NCBI GenBank assembly: GCA_028695025.1
Contig: JAQVJV010000001.1
Coordinates: 21,201 to 85,200 of the forward strand
DNA length: 64,000 nucleotides
Direction: 5' to 3'
Source of the DNA: Candidatus Moraniibacteriota bacterium
Lineage (GTDB): Bacteria; Patescibacteriota; Minisyncoccia; Moranbacterales; UBA11712
Notes under the pieces: model-generated
Told to the model about the DNA's origin: nothing
What the model saw: the letters and a program-made list of their open reading frames with translations, nothing else
Databases searched by the model: none
Position numbers and translations under genes: made by a program
Part shown: positions 32,391 through 41,871 of the stretch, piece by piece
Position numbering within the stretch: position 1 is the first letter of the stretch
Layout of the letters: each line of letters begins with the position of its first letter

Positions 32391-33560
32391 TCACTGTTCT
32401 TTGTTCAATGAAGCATAAACGTCCTCATACTCCTTCACCACTTTCATTATATCAAAATTTTCCCGAACAAACTGCATGCCTTTTTGACCAAGCTCGCGCC
32501 GCGCTTCAGGGTTGTTGCAAAGGTATAGTATTTTTTCCTTGAGCGCTTCACGGTCGCCGGGTTCAATCAGGATGCTGTTTTCGTCGTTGAGAAAATACTG
32601 CAATCTCTCCAAATTGCTCGCGATCACCGGTTTTTCGCAAGCCATTGCCTCAATGACGGCAAGCGGGATATCGAATTTTCCAGCCATCGTCCGTGCCGGA
32701 AAAATGGAAATGTCGGCGAGATTATATATGTCCTGCATTTCGTAGCTCCCATCATCCATGAACGCCACCCGGTCAAGACATCCGGCGTTTTCCAGTCTTT
32801 GAGCCGCTTCTCGCTTCTTTTCAGCGTCTTTTTGATTCTTTACCCGAACAGCAAGATGAAGTTTGAGATTTTTATTAGCAGAAACAAGATCAACAAACGT
32901 CTCCACCACGTCATCCATATCCCCAAGCCGCACATATTCACCCGTATAGTTGATCACAAAATCATTTTCAGTGGTGTTATATTTTTTCATCAATTCCGCA
33001 TTTTTTGGAGCAGGGGAGTATTTTTCAATATCAATCCCGGGATAAATTCTTTTTATATTCTCGAAACCCATTTTTTCCAGTTTTTCTTTCGCGTAATCGG
33101 AATAGGTAACAATATGATCCGCATGGATTATTTCTTTTATTTTTTCGCTTGCATACAAATCATCCCGCAACGTTGCCAGCGTTTGGATCGTTTTGATGTT
33201 TTTATTTCGCAAACATAGCTTCAAGGCAAAAACATTCAATTTTGTCGGGGTGAAAAATGAATGCAAGATATCATAATCTTTTCCGCCTTTCAAAAAAAAT
33301 TCTTTCAGGAGAAAAATATAAGCCCGAATTTTTTGCGGCCAATTCCATTTCGGAGAAGTATATATGTCATGACAAATAACATTACTTTGGGGACTTAGTC
33401 CCCAATTGGGGGCTAAGTCCCCTTTTTCCACACACGTCAACAGATGAATCTCAAAACCGCCCGCGTGTTTGGCAAGAGTATAAGCGAAATTTTTCGATCC
33501 TTCGTCCCAAGGCGGACAAATCGGGCGGGTGAGTAATAGTATCTTCTTTTTATCGGTCAT
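32391..33560 (-). CDS. Glycosyltransferase family 4
   Basis: The C-terminal GT4 domain has FPARTMAGKFDIPLAVIEAMACEKPVIASN. The N-terminal domain contains the palindromic insert noted separately. Confidence 0.75.
   Translation of the reverse strand: MTDKKKILLLTRPICPPWDEGSKNFAYTLAKHAGGFEIHLLTCVEKGDLAPNWGLSPQSNVICHDIYTSPKWNWPQKIRAYIFLLKEFFLKGGKDYDILHSFFTPTKLNVFALKLCLRNKNIKTIQTLATLRDDLYASEKIKEIIHADHIVTYSDYAKEKLEKMGFENIKRIYPGIDIEKYSPAPKNAELMKKYNTTENDFVINYTGEYVRLGDMDDVVETFVDLVSANKNLKLHLAVRVKNQKDAEKKREAAQRLENAGCLDRVAFMDDGSYEMQDIYNLADISIFPARTMAGKFDIPLAVIEAMACEKPVIASNLERLQYFLNDENSILIEPGDREALKEKILYLCNNPEARRELGQKGMQFVRENFDIMKVVKEYEDVYASLNKEQ
33389..33422. repeat. Tandem palindromic 15-mers (ggggacttagtcccc / gggggctaagtcccc) inside the GT4 CDS
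   Basis: Direct read. The first 15-mer is a perfect palindrome. Both are GC-rich. The ggctaag core is shared with the 18487 and 30322 repeat family. They encode ...EKGDLAPNWGLSPQS... Confidence 0.45.
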
Positions 33561-33572
33561 TGGTTGGGATTT

Positions 33573-33941
33573 TTATTTCAAATCCTTATATATCTTGTAA
33601 TTTTCATCATTATATTTCACCTCAATCATCACCCGCGTTCCTGAAATTTTCTCGCCCGGAAGAACCGGCGAGATTTTTTGTCGGGCTCCGGCCTTCACGT
33701 CAATTTCCCCTTCGGCCAATTTCTCGTCATTGGAAAAAATCCGGTAGCCGTATTTCGCGTCAATTCCTTCATGGTTTTCAATGGCAAAATCAAGGGAATC
33801 ATCTCGCGGATTTTCAAAATAGGCCGCGCTCCAGATTTTTTTGTAGTCGTAGTCGTGGTTCTTCGCCTCAATCACAAAAAGTGTCGAAAAGCTGACTATA
33901 AGCAAAATTGTAGTGGAAATAATGATGATTTTTGATGACAT
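33573..33941 (-). CDS. Small exported/membrane-anchored hypothetical protein
   Basis: An N-terminal hydrophobic segment (IIIISTTILLIVSFSTLFVI) is followed by a hydrophilic beta-rich domain. Confidence 0.35.
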   Translation of the reverse strand: MSSKIIIISTTILLIVSFSTLFVIEAKNHDYDYKKIWSAAYFENPRDDSLDFAIENHEGIDAKYGYRIFSNDEKLAEGEIDVKAGARQKISPVLPGEKISGTRVMIEVKYNDENYKIYKDLK

Positions 33942-33950
33942 GGATTGTTT

Positions 33951-35810
33951 TTAATCTCTTTTAAAAATCGCGATATAGTCCGACGCGTATACCTGCGAAA
34001 AATCCGGATATTTCTGGAAACTGGTTCCCTCGGACTGCGCGTTGACGACGACATAATTCACTCCCGTCTCGGAAAAACAAGCCTTCGCCGCTTCAGTTTC
34101 CGGAGTGGAAATCATATCCCTTGTGCAAGTCTCGCGGGGCTTGGTCGGATCGATATAGCGCGACAAGTTTCCGCGCGAGAGGGGATACTTATAATCTTTC
34201 ATGAAAAAAAGCTTGTACCACGAATCGGCATAGATATTCACGTGATCTTTGAGAATGACATCCTGGTTGGGATCGGTCGTCGCGGCAAGATACTCGCCCG
34301 AATGAAAAGTTTCCATCGCTTGCTGGAACATATTTTTCGACTTGAAAACATCAGCGCTGTCAGAAAGCCCGTTCGTGATCACAAAAAAGAGAATCGTGAA
34401 AAGAAAAACCGTTGCGAAAAACCGGGAGGCGCTCGCGCGGAAAGATTCGAAATATTTCACCATTCCGAAAGAAGCAAGGAACACAAGAGGAAGATATAGA
34501 TAATTTCCCACCCGGTCGCTGGGAATATTCACAAAAAGCCATCCCGGCTTCCAAGCCATGAGGAAAACGATCGCGAGCCACCCCAAAGCCACGGAATATT
34601 TGATTTTTTTAGGATTGATTTCAAAAAGGATCAGTAAGAAACCAAGAACACCCAGAATGAGAAGGGCGCTCCCGACACTGCCGTCGATTTGAGAAAGGGC
34701 CAGGCCGACGCGCGTGGCTTTGCTCGGTTCGCCCGTCGCTTGCCCAACTGCCGCGGTGTTGAAATATGACGGAGTGAAGATTAAGAAAAAATAGGCTGCA
34801 AAAAGAAGAATTATTGCAATCGGAAAGGGATTGAAATAAATCCTTATCCATTCGACAATAGTTTGGAAAATATTTTTGAAATTGAGAGCGAGGTGAAGAA
34901 TCGTAATTGCTGCTACTGAAAAAATCAAAACGAAAGTGCTCAAATGATGGGTATATAGCAATCCTCCGAAAGAAAAAAGAAACAGACCGGCAAAAAGGCT
35001 GTTTTTTTCTGAAAATGCACGGTAGAAAAAATAGATCGACACCGGAATCAGCATGTCTCCGATCACATTTCCAATCACGCCGCCGCTCACGTAGCGCCCC
35101 TGCGGCGGATTGATGGCATAAAGCGCGCCCGCCACGAAAAAGGAAACCGCGGCCATGTTCGGATTGCGGAAAATCCGTCCGACCAGGATCGCCATCGTGA
35201 AAATCCCGAATATGTTGAAAAAAAGAAGGAGGATGGCCGGCATCGACGTCATCACGCCCACGCCGCTCACCAGGTTGGCCGCCGCGAAAATCATATGCTC
35301 TCCGATGATGAAATCCGGCATGCCGTAATCAGGCAAATGTCCGGTGTTGATGATGGTTTGCACCCAATACATATGATGGCCGAGATCGGTCGCCGAAGGA
35401 ATGATCGTGTCGGAGAGATAAGCCACCCGGATGAAAACGGCGAGGAACAGGGAAAGCAGGATAAAAACTGTTTGCCAAGCGGAGAAATCAAAGATTTTTT
35501 CCGGGTCGCCCTTATCTTTTTCCGTTTTTTTCTTTTTCTCGAAACGCCAATGGAAAACCGCGAAACAAACGGCAGAGAAAAGGAGCACCGAAAAAATCAG
35601 GATCGGGCCTTTGATCAAAATATTCATCCGGTTCAAAAGAAGCACGATCAGATCCACAATAATCAAACTGAACGGCACGCTCAAAACCGCCCTCTCCAAA
35701 AAAGCCATTTTTTTGTTTTTCCAGCCAAAAATCGCCGCCTGGAAAAACATCCCGGGAAGAACCAGGAGAAAAGGAATGTTGAGAATGAGTTTTAGGAGTG
35801 AAATATACAT
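33951..35810 (-). CDS. Large polytopic membrane protein, putative glycan polymerase or GT-C-like glycosyltransferase (family uncertain)
   Basis: 619 aa with at least 12 TM helices and a C-terminal soluble domain of about 150 aa. It is embedded among GT genes. Confidence 0.4.
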   Translation of the reverse strand: MYISLLKLILNIPFLLVLPGMFFQAAIFGWKNKKMAFLERAVLSVPFSLIIVDLIVLLLNRMNILIKGPILIFSVLLFSAVCFAVFHWRFEKKKKTEKDKGDPEKIFDFSAWQTVFILLSLFLAVFIRVAYLSDTIIPSATDLGHHMYWVQTIINTGHLPDYGMPDFIIGEHMIFAAANLVSGVGVMTSMPAILLLFFNIFGIFTMAILVGRIFRNPNMAAVSFFVAGALYAINPPQGRYVSGGVIGNVIGDMLIPVSIYFFYRAFSEKNSLFAGLFLFSFGGLLYTHHLSTFVLIFSVAAITILHLALNFKNIFQTIVEWIRIYFNPFPIAIILLFAAYFFLIFTPSYFNTAAVGQATGEPSKATRVGLALSQIDGSVGSALLILGVLGFLLILFEINPKKIKYSVALGWLAIVFLMAWKPGWLFVNIPSDRVGNYLYLPLVFLASFGMVKYFESFRASASRFFATVFLFTILFFVITNGLSDSADVFKSKNMFQQAMETFHSGEYLAATTDPNQDVILKDHVNIYADSWYKLFFMKDYKYPLSRGNLSRYIDPTKPRETCTRDMISTPETEAAKACFSETGVNYVVVNAQSEGTSFQKYPDFSQVYASDYIAIFKRD

Positions 35811-35825
35811 AGATTAATTTCAAAA

Positions 35826-36932
35826 CTACGCTATCTGCATGGCTTCCAAATATTCTTTCGCGATTTTTTCCCAGCTGAAATGTTCAATTGTGTACTCGGC
35901 CGCTTTTTGGCCAAATTCTTTTCGAAATTCATCTTCGGAAAGCAACTTTTTGATTTTTTCTGTCCAAACTTCAGCGTTTCCGGGTTCCGCCAAAAATCCG
36001 TTTTGGCCGTCCATGATCGCGTCTTTGAGGCCTTCCAAATCAGACGCGACCATCACCCGGCCGCAAACCGCCGCTTCGATGGCGTTGATCCCAAAACCCT
36101 CCATTGACCCCGGAATTTTGACATTGGGGGAAATCATGAGATCAGCCGCGCCAAGCAAAACTCTTTTTTCGTCTTCCGGAATGAAGGGAATTAGCCAAAC
36201 CCGGTTTTTCAGATTTTTTTCTGAAACTATTTTTTCGCAAACCGAAAAGTCGTCTTTGTCTCCCGCCGTGTTTTTCCCAACTCGCGCTCCGGCTGCCACT
36301 ATTATAACATCTTCGCCGAGTTGCGGCATTACATTTTCCAAAAACCAGCTCGTTCCTTTGTGGGGGACAAACCGGGCCAAACGGAAAATGATTTTTTTGT
36401 TCGAAACATCAGTCTTGAGAACTTTCGAAATTTCTTCGCGGGCGTGCGTTTCGCAAAATTCTTCCGGGTTTATGCCATTGGGGATGAATTTGCACAAATC
36501 CCGACCAATCCCGATTTTGACAGCTTCTTCAATCGTTGCGTTTCCCACCATGATGAGCCGGTCCATTTTTTTGAGCGACGGGATATTAACCGCTTTGTAT
36601 ACGGACGGCAAAAATCCTTTTTTTCGCGCGAACGTGATATCAAGGCCGTGGACCACGCAGAAAAATTTCTTTTTCGGATGGAAAATTTTCGCAACCGCCC
36701 CCAGCGGAGCCAAAACCCCGTTTCCCAAGAGACAAGCGTCGAATTTCCGCATCAAAAAAAGCATCTTGAGGAATGTGACCGGCAAGAATATAGGCAGAAA
36801 TTTTTTGCCTTTTCCGTTGGCAATGACTTTCACTTCCGCGATATTTTTCAAGCTTTCGGACAGGTTGTAGTTCTGGCTTTCCACTCCGCCCCAAATCGGC
36901 GGATAAGAATGGGATACGAAAAGAATTTTCAC
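35826..36932 (-). CDS. Glycosyltransferase family 4
   Basis: MKILFVSHSYPPIWGGVE at the N-terminus and C-terminal GSMEGFGINAIEAAVCGRVMVASD. Confidence 0.8.
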   Translation of the reverse strand: MKILFVSHSYPPIWGGVESQNYNLSESLKNIAEVKVIANGKGKKFLPIFLPVTFLKMLFLMRKFDACLLGNGVLAPLGAVAKIFHPKKKFFCVVHGLDITFARKKGFLPSVYKAVNIPSLKKMDRLIMVGNATIEEAVKIGIGRDLCKFIPNGINPEEFCETHAREEISKVLKTDVSNKKIIFRLARFVPHKGTSWFLENVMPQLGEDVIIVAAGARVGKNTAGDKDDFSVCEKIVSEKNLKNRVWLIPFIPEDEKRVLLGAADLMISPNVKIPGSMEGFGINAIEAAVCGRVMVASDLEGLKDAIMDGQNGFLAEPGNAEVWTEKIKKLLSEDEFRKEFGQKAAEYTIEHFSWEKIAKEYLEAMQIA

Positions 36933-37891
36933 GATTGTGTTTTTTTATCGTATTTTTCTTTTTTCAGAAAATACATCTGCTCTTCAGTGAGTTTGCGGTT
37001 GGAGCGGATCATGTCGGCAATGAGCGCGAAAATGAGCAGTTGGATGCCGATGAGAAGTAAGATTCCCGCAAAAGAAAGCCAAGTCCGGAAAGGGGAGACC
37101 TTGAAATGGGAAAAATAATATCCGAGAAAAGCGATTCCGATCGCGCCCGAAGCGGTGATGAGTACCAGCCCCGGAATTCCGAAAAAAACCATAGGCCGGG
37201 CATCGCGCACCGTGCGGATGATGATGATGAATGACTGATAGACAAACTTGGAAATACTTTTCACAACCCTTGATTGGCGGTCTTCGAAATAAGTCACCTC
37301 CACCGGAATCCATTTGACCGTCAGATTTTTGGAGATGGCATCGATGATAGTTTCTTGGGTATAGGTGAAGCGGTAGGCCAGATTGAGCCGGAGCATCGTT
37401 TCGCGCGACAAAGCCCGAAACCCGCAAGTGAGATCGTCGATCGGATAGCGCAAAAATTTTCCGATCACTCTGGCTGCCAGACGATTGAGAAAACTTTTGA
37501 TCCAGGGCATATTTTTGGCTGATTTCACGCCAAAACGGGAAGCCACCGCCATATCCGCCTTTCCGGAAACGATCTGCTCCGTGAACTTGGGGATGTCCGA
37601 CGCCGGAAATTGGCCGTCAGCATCGATATTCACCATGATGTCGGCTCCGTTTTCGAGCGCCGAGTTGATAGCCGTCCGGAAAGCCGCTCCGATGCCCATG
37701 TTTCGCGGATGGCTCACGATGATGTCGGCTCCGGCTTCGCGGGAAACTTCCGCTGTCCGGTCGGTCGAGCCGTCGTTGATTACCTGCACCTTCACTTCGT
37801 CGATCCCCTTGATATCGCGCGGAATTTTTTTGATGACGTTTCCAATGGCTTTTTCTTCATTCAAAGCCGGAATATTGACGATTAGACGCAT
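36929..37891 (-). CDS. Glycosyltransferase family 2 (Dpm1/GtrB-like polyprenol-phosphate sugar synthase type) with a C-terminal TM anchor
   Basis: IVNIPALNEEKAIGNVIKKIP, VINDGSTDRT and the DADGQ motif (DxD-like) are present, with two TM helices at the C-terminus. It overlaps the downstream GT4 by 4 nt. Confidence 0.8.
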   Translation of the reverse strand: MRLIVNIPALNEEKAIGNVIKKIPRDIKGIDEVKVQVINDGSTDRTAEVSREAGADIIVSHPRNMGIGAAFRTAINSALENGADIMVNIDADGQFPASDIPKFTEQIVSGKADMAVASRFGVKSAKNMPWIKSFLNRLAARVIGKFLRYPIDDLTCGFRALSRETMLRLNLAYRFTYTQETIIDAISKNLTVKWIPVEVTYFEDRQSRVVKSISKFVYQSFIIIIRTVRDARPMVFFGIPGLVLITASGAIGIAFLGYYFSHFKVSPFRTWLSFAGILLLIGIQLLIFALIADMIRSNRKLTEEQMYFLKKEKYDKKTQS

Positions 37892-38047
37892 AATAAAAAA
37901 ATCAAAATTTAAAAATAAAAATGCAAAATTACAATATAAAATGCAGAATTATCCGGTTATTTTCCTGGCATAAGCATAGCATATCATTTGGGATAAATCC
38001 AGTTTTTTCGAATTGCCATTTTATCCCATCCGTTGTAGTATAAAGAC

Positions 38048-39205
38048 ATGAAAATAGGCATAAACGCGTCATTCTTGCAAAAACCGGATACGGGAATAGG
38101 CCAGGTAACGATCAATTTTATCAATGAATTGATAAAATTGCCCGAGTTCAAAATTCAAAATTCAAAATTCAAAATTAAGGAAGTTGATTTTTTCTTGTAT
38201 TTAGAGGCCGATATAAATTTCAAACTTCCCAAGAACTTTCACAAGCGCGTTTTTTTGCCGCCCTGGAAAAGGGATGATCTCATTCGAAAAATCTGGTGGG
38301 AAAAGTGCCAGCTTCCGAAAATGGCCGCAAAAGACGGGTGCGAGACTTTCATTTCGCCCTATCAATGTCCTACGATTTTGCCGGCCGGCATGACGCACAA
38401 GATGCTCGTGCACGACATGATTCCGGAAATTTTCCCGGAATATCTCGACAACTGGCGAAAAAAAATATACTACTCGCTCACCAAAAGGGCCGTACAAAAA
38501 GCCGACACGATCCTCACGGTGTCTGAATGGTCAAAAAAGGACGTCCACAAATATCTGAAAATTCCGGAGAAAAAAATCCGCGTGGCTTATCCAAGCGTCG
38601 GCGCCGAGTTTTTCGAAAAAGGAGACCTCGAAAAAGACAACAAGATTTTGGACAAATACGGCGTTTTTGGCCGTTATATTTTTTATATCGGCGGTTTTGA
38701 TGTCCGGAAAAATATTCCACAGCTCATCGAGGCCTACGCCGAAATGCGGAAACGATATGATATCAATGACGTGAATCTGGTTCTTGCCGGCGAGGACAAG
38801 TCGAGATACAGCCGTCTCTTCACCGATCTCAACGCTGAAATCGAAAAACACGGCCTTGGCGGAAAAGTGAAGATCGCCGGGTTCGTGAAGCAAAAAGACT
38901 TGCCGGCGCTATACCGCAATGCGGAATTCTATATCCTGCCGTCGCTCTACGAAGGTTTCGGGCTTATGGCGCTTGAAGCGTTTGCCTCCGGCACTCCGGC
39001 GCTTCTTGCCAAAAATTCCTCGCTTTTGGAGGTTGGGGGAGGCGCCGCGCTTTTTTTCAACCCGCATGACAGCGAAGAAATGTCCCGCGTCATGGGAAAA
39101 GTTTTGCGAAACGGGAAGCTCCGCCACCACCTCGCAGAAAAAGGCAAATCCCGCGCGAAAAAATTCAGCTGGAAAAATTTTGTGGAGAAAATTTTGGAAG
39201 AATAA
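38048..39205 (+). CDS. Glycosyltransferase family 4
   Basis: MKIGINASFL at the N-terminus and C-terminal LPSLYEGFGLMALEAFASGTPALLAKNSSLLEV. Confidence 0.8.
   Translation: MKIGINASFLQKPDTGIGQVTINFINELIKLPEFKIQNSKFKIKEVDFFLYLEADINFKLPKNFHKRVFLPPWKRDDLIRKIWWEKCQLPKMAAKDGCETFISPYQCPTILPAGMTHKMLVHDMIPEIFPEYLDNWRKKIYYSLTKRAVQKADTILTVSEWSKKDVHKYLKIPEKKIRVAYPSVGAEFFEKGDLEKDNKILDKYGVFGRYIFYIGGFDVRKNIPQLIEAYAEMRKRYDINDVNLVLAGEDKSRYSRLFTDLNAEIEKHGLGGKVKIAGFVKQKDLPALYRNAEFYILPSLYEGFGLMALEAFASGTPALLAKNSSLLEVGGGAALFFNPHDSEEMSRVMGKVLRNGKLRHHLAEKGKSRAKKFSWKNFVEKILEE
38147..38174 (+). repeat. Perfect heptanucleotide tandem repeat (ttcaaaa)x4 inside the GT4 CDS
   Basis: Direct read: ttcaaaattcaaaattcaaaattcaaaa. 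It encodes ...EFKIQNSKFKI... Confidence 0.7.
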
Positions 39206-39221
39206 TTTATTAAAAAATTAT

Positions 39222-39548
39222 ATGGAACTTAAACAAATCATCGATCGCGCTGCTGAAATAAAAGAAAAATATCACGAGCTTGAGCGAAAAAAATACGGGA
39301 AAACTTGGACCAATGCCCAAATCATGGAAGGTTTTGTGGTTGATATTGGCGATCTCATGAAAATCATCATGGCAAAAGACAACCTTCGGGAAATGGAAAA
39401 TATTGAAGAGAAACTGGAACATGAGCTTGCCGATTGTCTTTATAGTATTTGTGTTTTATCGCATAAGTATAACGTAGACCTCGAAAAAGCGTTTTTGAAA
39501 ACAATGGATTATCAAGAGAAACAAATAGCTGACGGAAAAGAGGAATAA
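39222..39548 (+). CDS. MazG-like nucleotide pyrophosphohydrolase domain protein (second small paralog-type)
   Basis: 108 aa with EGFVVDIGDLMKII...EEKLEHELADCLYSICVLS, a MazG/YpjD-like all-alpha pattern. The ORF-track entry 38919..39548 is an upstream artefact overlapping the GT4 gene. Confidence 0.45.
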   Translation: MELKQIIDRAAEIKEKYHELERKKYGKTWTNAQIMEGFVVDIGDLMKIIMAKDNLREMENIEEKLEHELADCLYSICVLSHKYNVDLEKAFLKTMDYQEKQIADGKEE

Positions 39549-39558
39549 AAAGAAAGAT

Positions 39559-41187
39559 ATGCAAGAGTTATTCGAAAATCTGAAAAATATTTTCAAAAAA
39601 GACATCTCCATCCTTTGGATTTTTTCGGCGGTGCTGGGATTGGCGCTGGTGGCGCTCGACCTCAGAAACAAACTGCCTCTTAGGGCAGGGGATTTTGCTT
39701 TTATTTCTATTCTGATTCTTTGCGTGGCAATGTATCGCCCGCGCTGGGTTTTTTATATCTTCATCTCGCTCGTTCCGCTCGAAAACATCATTCTCGCTTC
39801 AGGCTATCTCCCTCTCCAACTTCGGCCTTATCAATTTGTCGGAGCGGTCCTGGCGATCGCCATTTCCATCCTTTGGGCGGCAAGACACTTGAATTTCAAA
39901 CTTTTGAAACCCGCTTGGCTTGATTGGCTGGTTTTTTCGCTTGTCCCCTTGAGTTTTTTGCCGCTGATCACAGCTCAAGCCAAGAGCGCGATTATCAAAA
40001 ATAATTTAATATTATTTTCTTTCGTAGTCCTTTATTTTTTGGTCCGGAATTTCGTGAGGACGAAAAGACACTTGCTTGAAACCGTTTTTTTCACGCTGGC
40101 TGGCAATTTGGTCGTTCTGGCATATGGATTCGGCCAAGTTTTCGCCGACAAATTCGGCCGCAATTCGTTCGAGGTTTTTTTCGGCCGGCCCAACGCCGCT
40201 TTCACCGAACCGGACTGGCTGGGAATATACTTATGTTTTATGCTGGCTATTTTGCTCAGTATCCTATATTTCCTTTGCCATCCTGCGCATAGTCGAAAAT
40301 TTTTAGAAAAAATTACAAATGTCGTGGCCTATGTCCTTGTTTTTCTTGATCTCACCCTTCTCATCCTCACTCTTTCCCGATCGGCTTGGGTGGGAGCGGC
40401 CGGATTGATATTTTTCTTTTTGATTTTCAGTTTGTATGAAAAAAAGAATTCTGGTCCGGTTTTCACGCCAAAAAAATTCGCCAAAAATTTTGCGGCTATG
40501 GTAGCAATAATTGTGCTATCCCTCGCCGCCGTCCATTTTGGCCGGCTTTCCAAGTTTGATATTTTCGACCGGGCCCGTTCCACCGCCACAAGCGAACAAA
40601 AAATCACAATCGCCTGCGACAATGACGAAAACATTCCCGAATATATTACCGATACTTCTGAATTATCAAGCTATAATTGCCTTCACATCAATCTCGAAGA
40701 CATCAAAAGCTTCCAGTCCCGAGGGAAATACGTTACAGAAATTTTTCGGAAAGACCCGAATGTGGCCACCCGGAGCGAAATATATCAAAAAAGTTTTGAG
40801 ATTCTCAAAAAAAATCCTCTTTTCGGCATTGGATTCGGGACTATTTCGCAGACACTCGGCACAGATTCACGCGGATCCGGCCTCAACGAGAGCAATATTT
40901 TCCTTCAGGTCTGGGCGGGGACGGGGGTTTTAGGTCTCACGTTTTTCACGGTTTTGCTTGCTTACCTTGCGATTTTCAGCCTGCGCCGCCTCTCTCCCGC
41001 ATGCCCCCTCAACCATTTCATCGGATGCCCGGTAGCAAGAGGCGAGTTCGAACAATTTCTCAATGTCTTTCTTTTTCTTGGACTCGTCGGTTTGATCTTG
41101 CCCAATCTCTTCAACGCGGGACTTTTCATGGGAATTTGGTGGATCGGATTGGGAATCTTGACGAGTGTTTCAAAGATCCAAAACTAA
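39559..41187 (+). CDS. O-antigen ligase / polymerase (Wzy_C) family membrane protein
   Basis: It has about 12 TM helices. The diagnostic Wzy_C motif is TLSRSAWVGAAGLIFFFL. A large periplasmic loop lies between the late TM helices. Confidence 0.6.
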   Translation: MQELFENLKNIFKKDISILWIFSAVLGLALVALDLRNKLPLRAGDFAFISILILCVAMYRPRWVFYIFISLVPLENIILASGYLPLQLRPYQFVGAVLAIAISILWAARHLNFKLLKPAWLDWLVFSLVPLSFLPLITAQAKSAIIKNNLILFSFVVLYFLVRNFVRTKRHLLETVFFTLAGNLVVLAYGFGQVFADKFGRNSFEVFFGRPNAAFTEPDWLGIYLCFMLAILLSILYFLCHPAHSRKFLEKITNVVAYVLVFLDLTLLILTLSRSAWVGAAGLIFFFLIFSLYEKKNSGPVFTPKKFAKNFAAMVAIIVLSLAAVHFGRLSKFDIFDRARSTATSEQKITIACDNDENIPEYITDTSELSSYNCLHINLEDIKSFQSRGKYVTEIFRKDPNVATRSEIYQKSFEILKKNPLFGIGFGTISQTLGTDSRGSGLNESNIFLQVWAGTGVLGLTFFTVLLAYLAIFSLRRLSPACPLNHFIGCPVARGEFEQFLNVFLFLGLVGLILPNLFNAGLFMGIWWIGLGILTSVSKIQN

Positions 41188-41286
41188 ACTTCTCAAAAAT
41201 TGACTTTTTCCTTTATATCTGCGATAAAAACACAAAGGAGAAATTGAGATCCTTAAAAATTTCAAAAGAAAGGCAGGTGATTTTGA

Positions 41287-41802
41287 GTGAATTGGAAAAA
41301 TCAAAAAGGCCCCAGAAAACCTTGGGCAAAACCGATTTTCGGCAATCCGGACAGCATAAAAAATAATCAAGCCCCAAGCCCAGGATCGCCAGGATGGAAA
41401 GAATTCATCCTGCGGAAACAGAAATCGACAGATCCTAAATTAGGAAAAATACACAAGGAAAGAAAGATCGACAGCAAAAAAATCATGGAAAATATTTCTG
41501 CCGAATGCAATGAGAAGAAAGATATGATGGATGAAATAGGTGATGATCGAGTATTGGCAATTGTTAATTGTTCGACATTCAGAAATTATCTGGCCAATCA
41601 AAATGGAAAAATGGAAATAATCCATCGTGATTTGGTTGAAACTCTTCTCTGTTTAACTTCCCAAGAAATCGATCTTCTATATAAATATTATCCGCAAAAT
41701 ATGCAGATGAAAGATATTGCCGCTTTAATGAACTTGACTTCGGTTGAAGCGCGCAACTTGAGAAAAATAATCATCGGCAAAATTATCAATCAGCTACAAT
41801 AA
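41287..41802 (+). CDS. Hypothetical protein with a sigma-70 region-4-like HTH at the C-terminus (start uncertain)
   Basis: The C-terminal segment LLCLTSQEIDLLYKYYPQNMQMKDIAALMNLTSVEARNLRKIIIGKIINQL resembles ECF sigma region 4 / LuxR-type HTH. Confidence 0.3.
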   Translation: MNWKNQKGPRKPWAKPIFGNPDSIKNNQAPSPGSPGWKEFILRKQKSTDPKLGKIHKERKIDSKKIMENISAECNEKKDMMDEIGDDRVLAIVNCSTFRNYLANQNGKMEIIHRDLVETLLCLTSQEIDLLYKYYPQNMQMKDIAALMNLTSVEARNLRKIIIGKIINQLQ

Positions 41803-41835
41803 AGCCTTGGCGCCGGAGGAACCAAGGCTTTTTCA
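41801..41835 (+). terminator. Intrinsic terminator
   Basis: aaagccttgg-cgccggaggaa-ccaaggcttttt. Confidence 0.6.
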
Positions 41836-41871
41836 TTTGCCCGAAGCCTTTTTTTATGCTTAAATTAAGCC

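Noticed and set aside
12253-38174. Possibility that the heptamer repeats or the palindromic repeats are a CRISPR array
   Set aside because: The units are 7 bp or single or paired 15-40 bp elements without regular repeat-spacer periodicity. No cas genes are present, and the Cas4-like gene is a lone nuclease.
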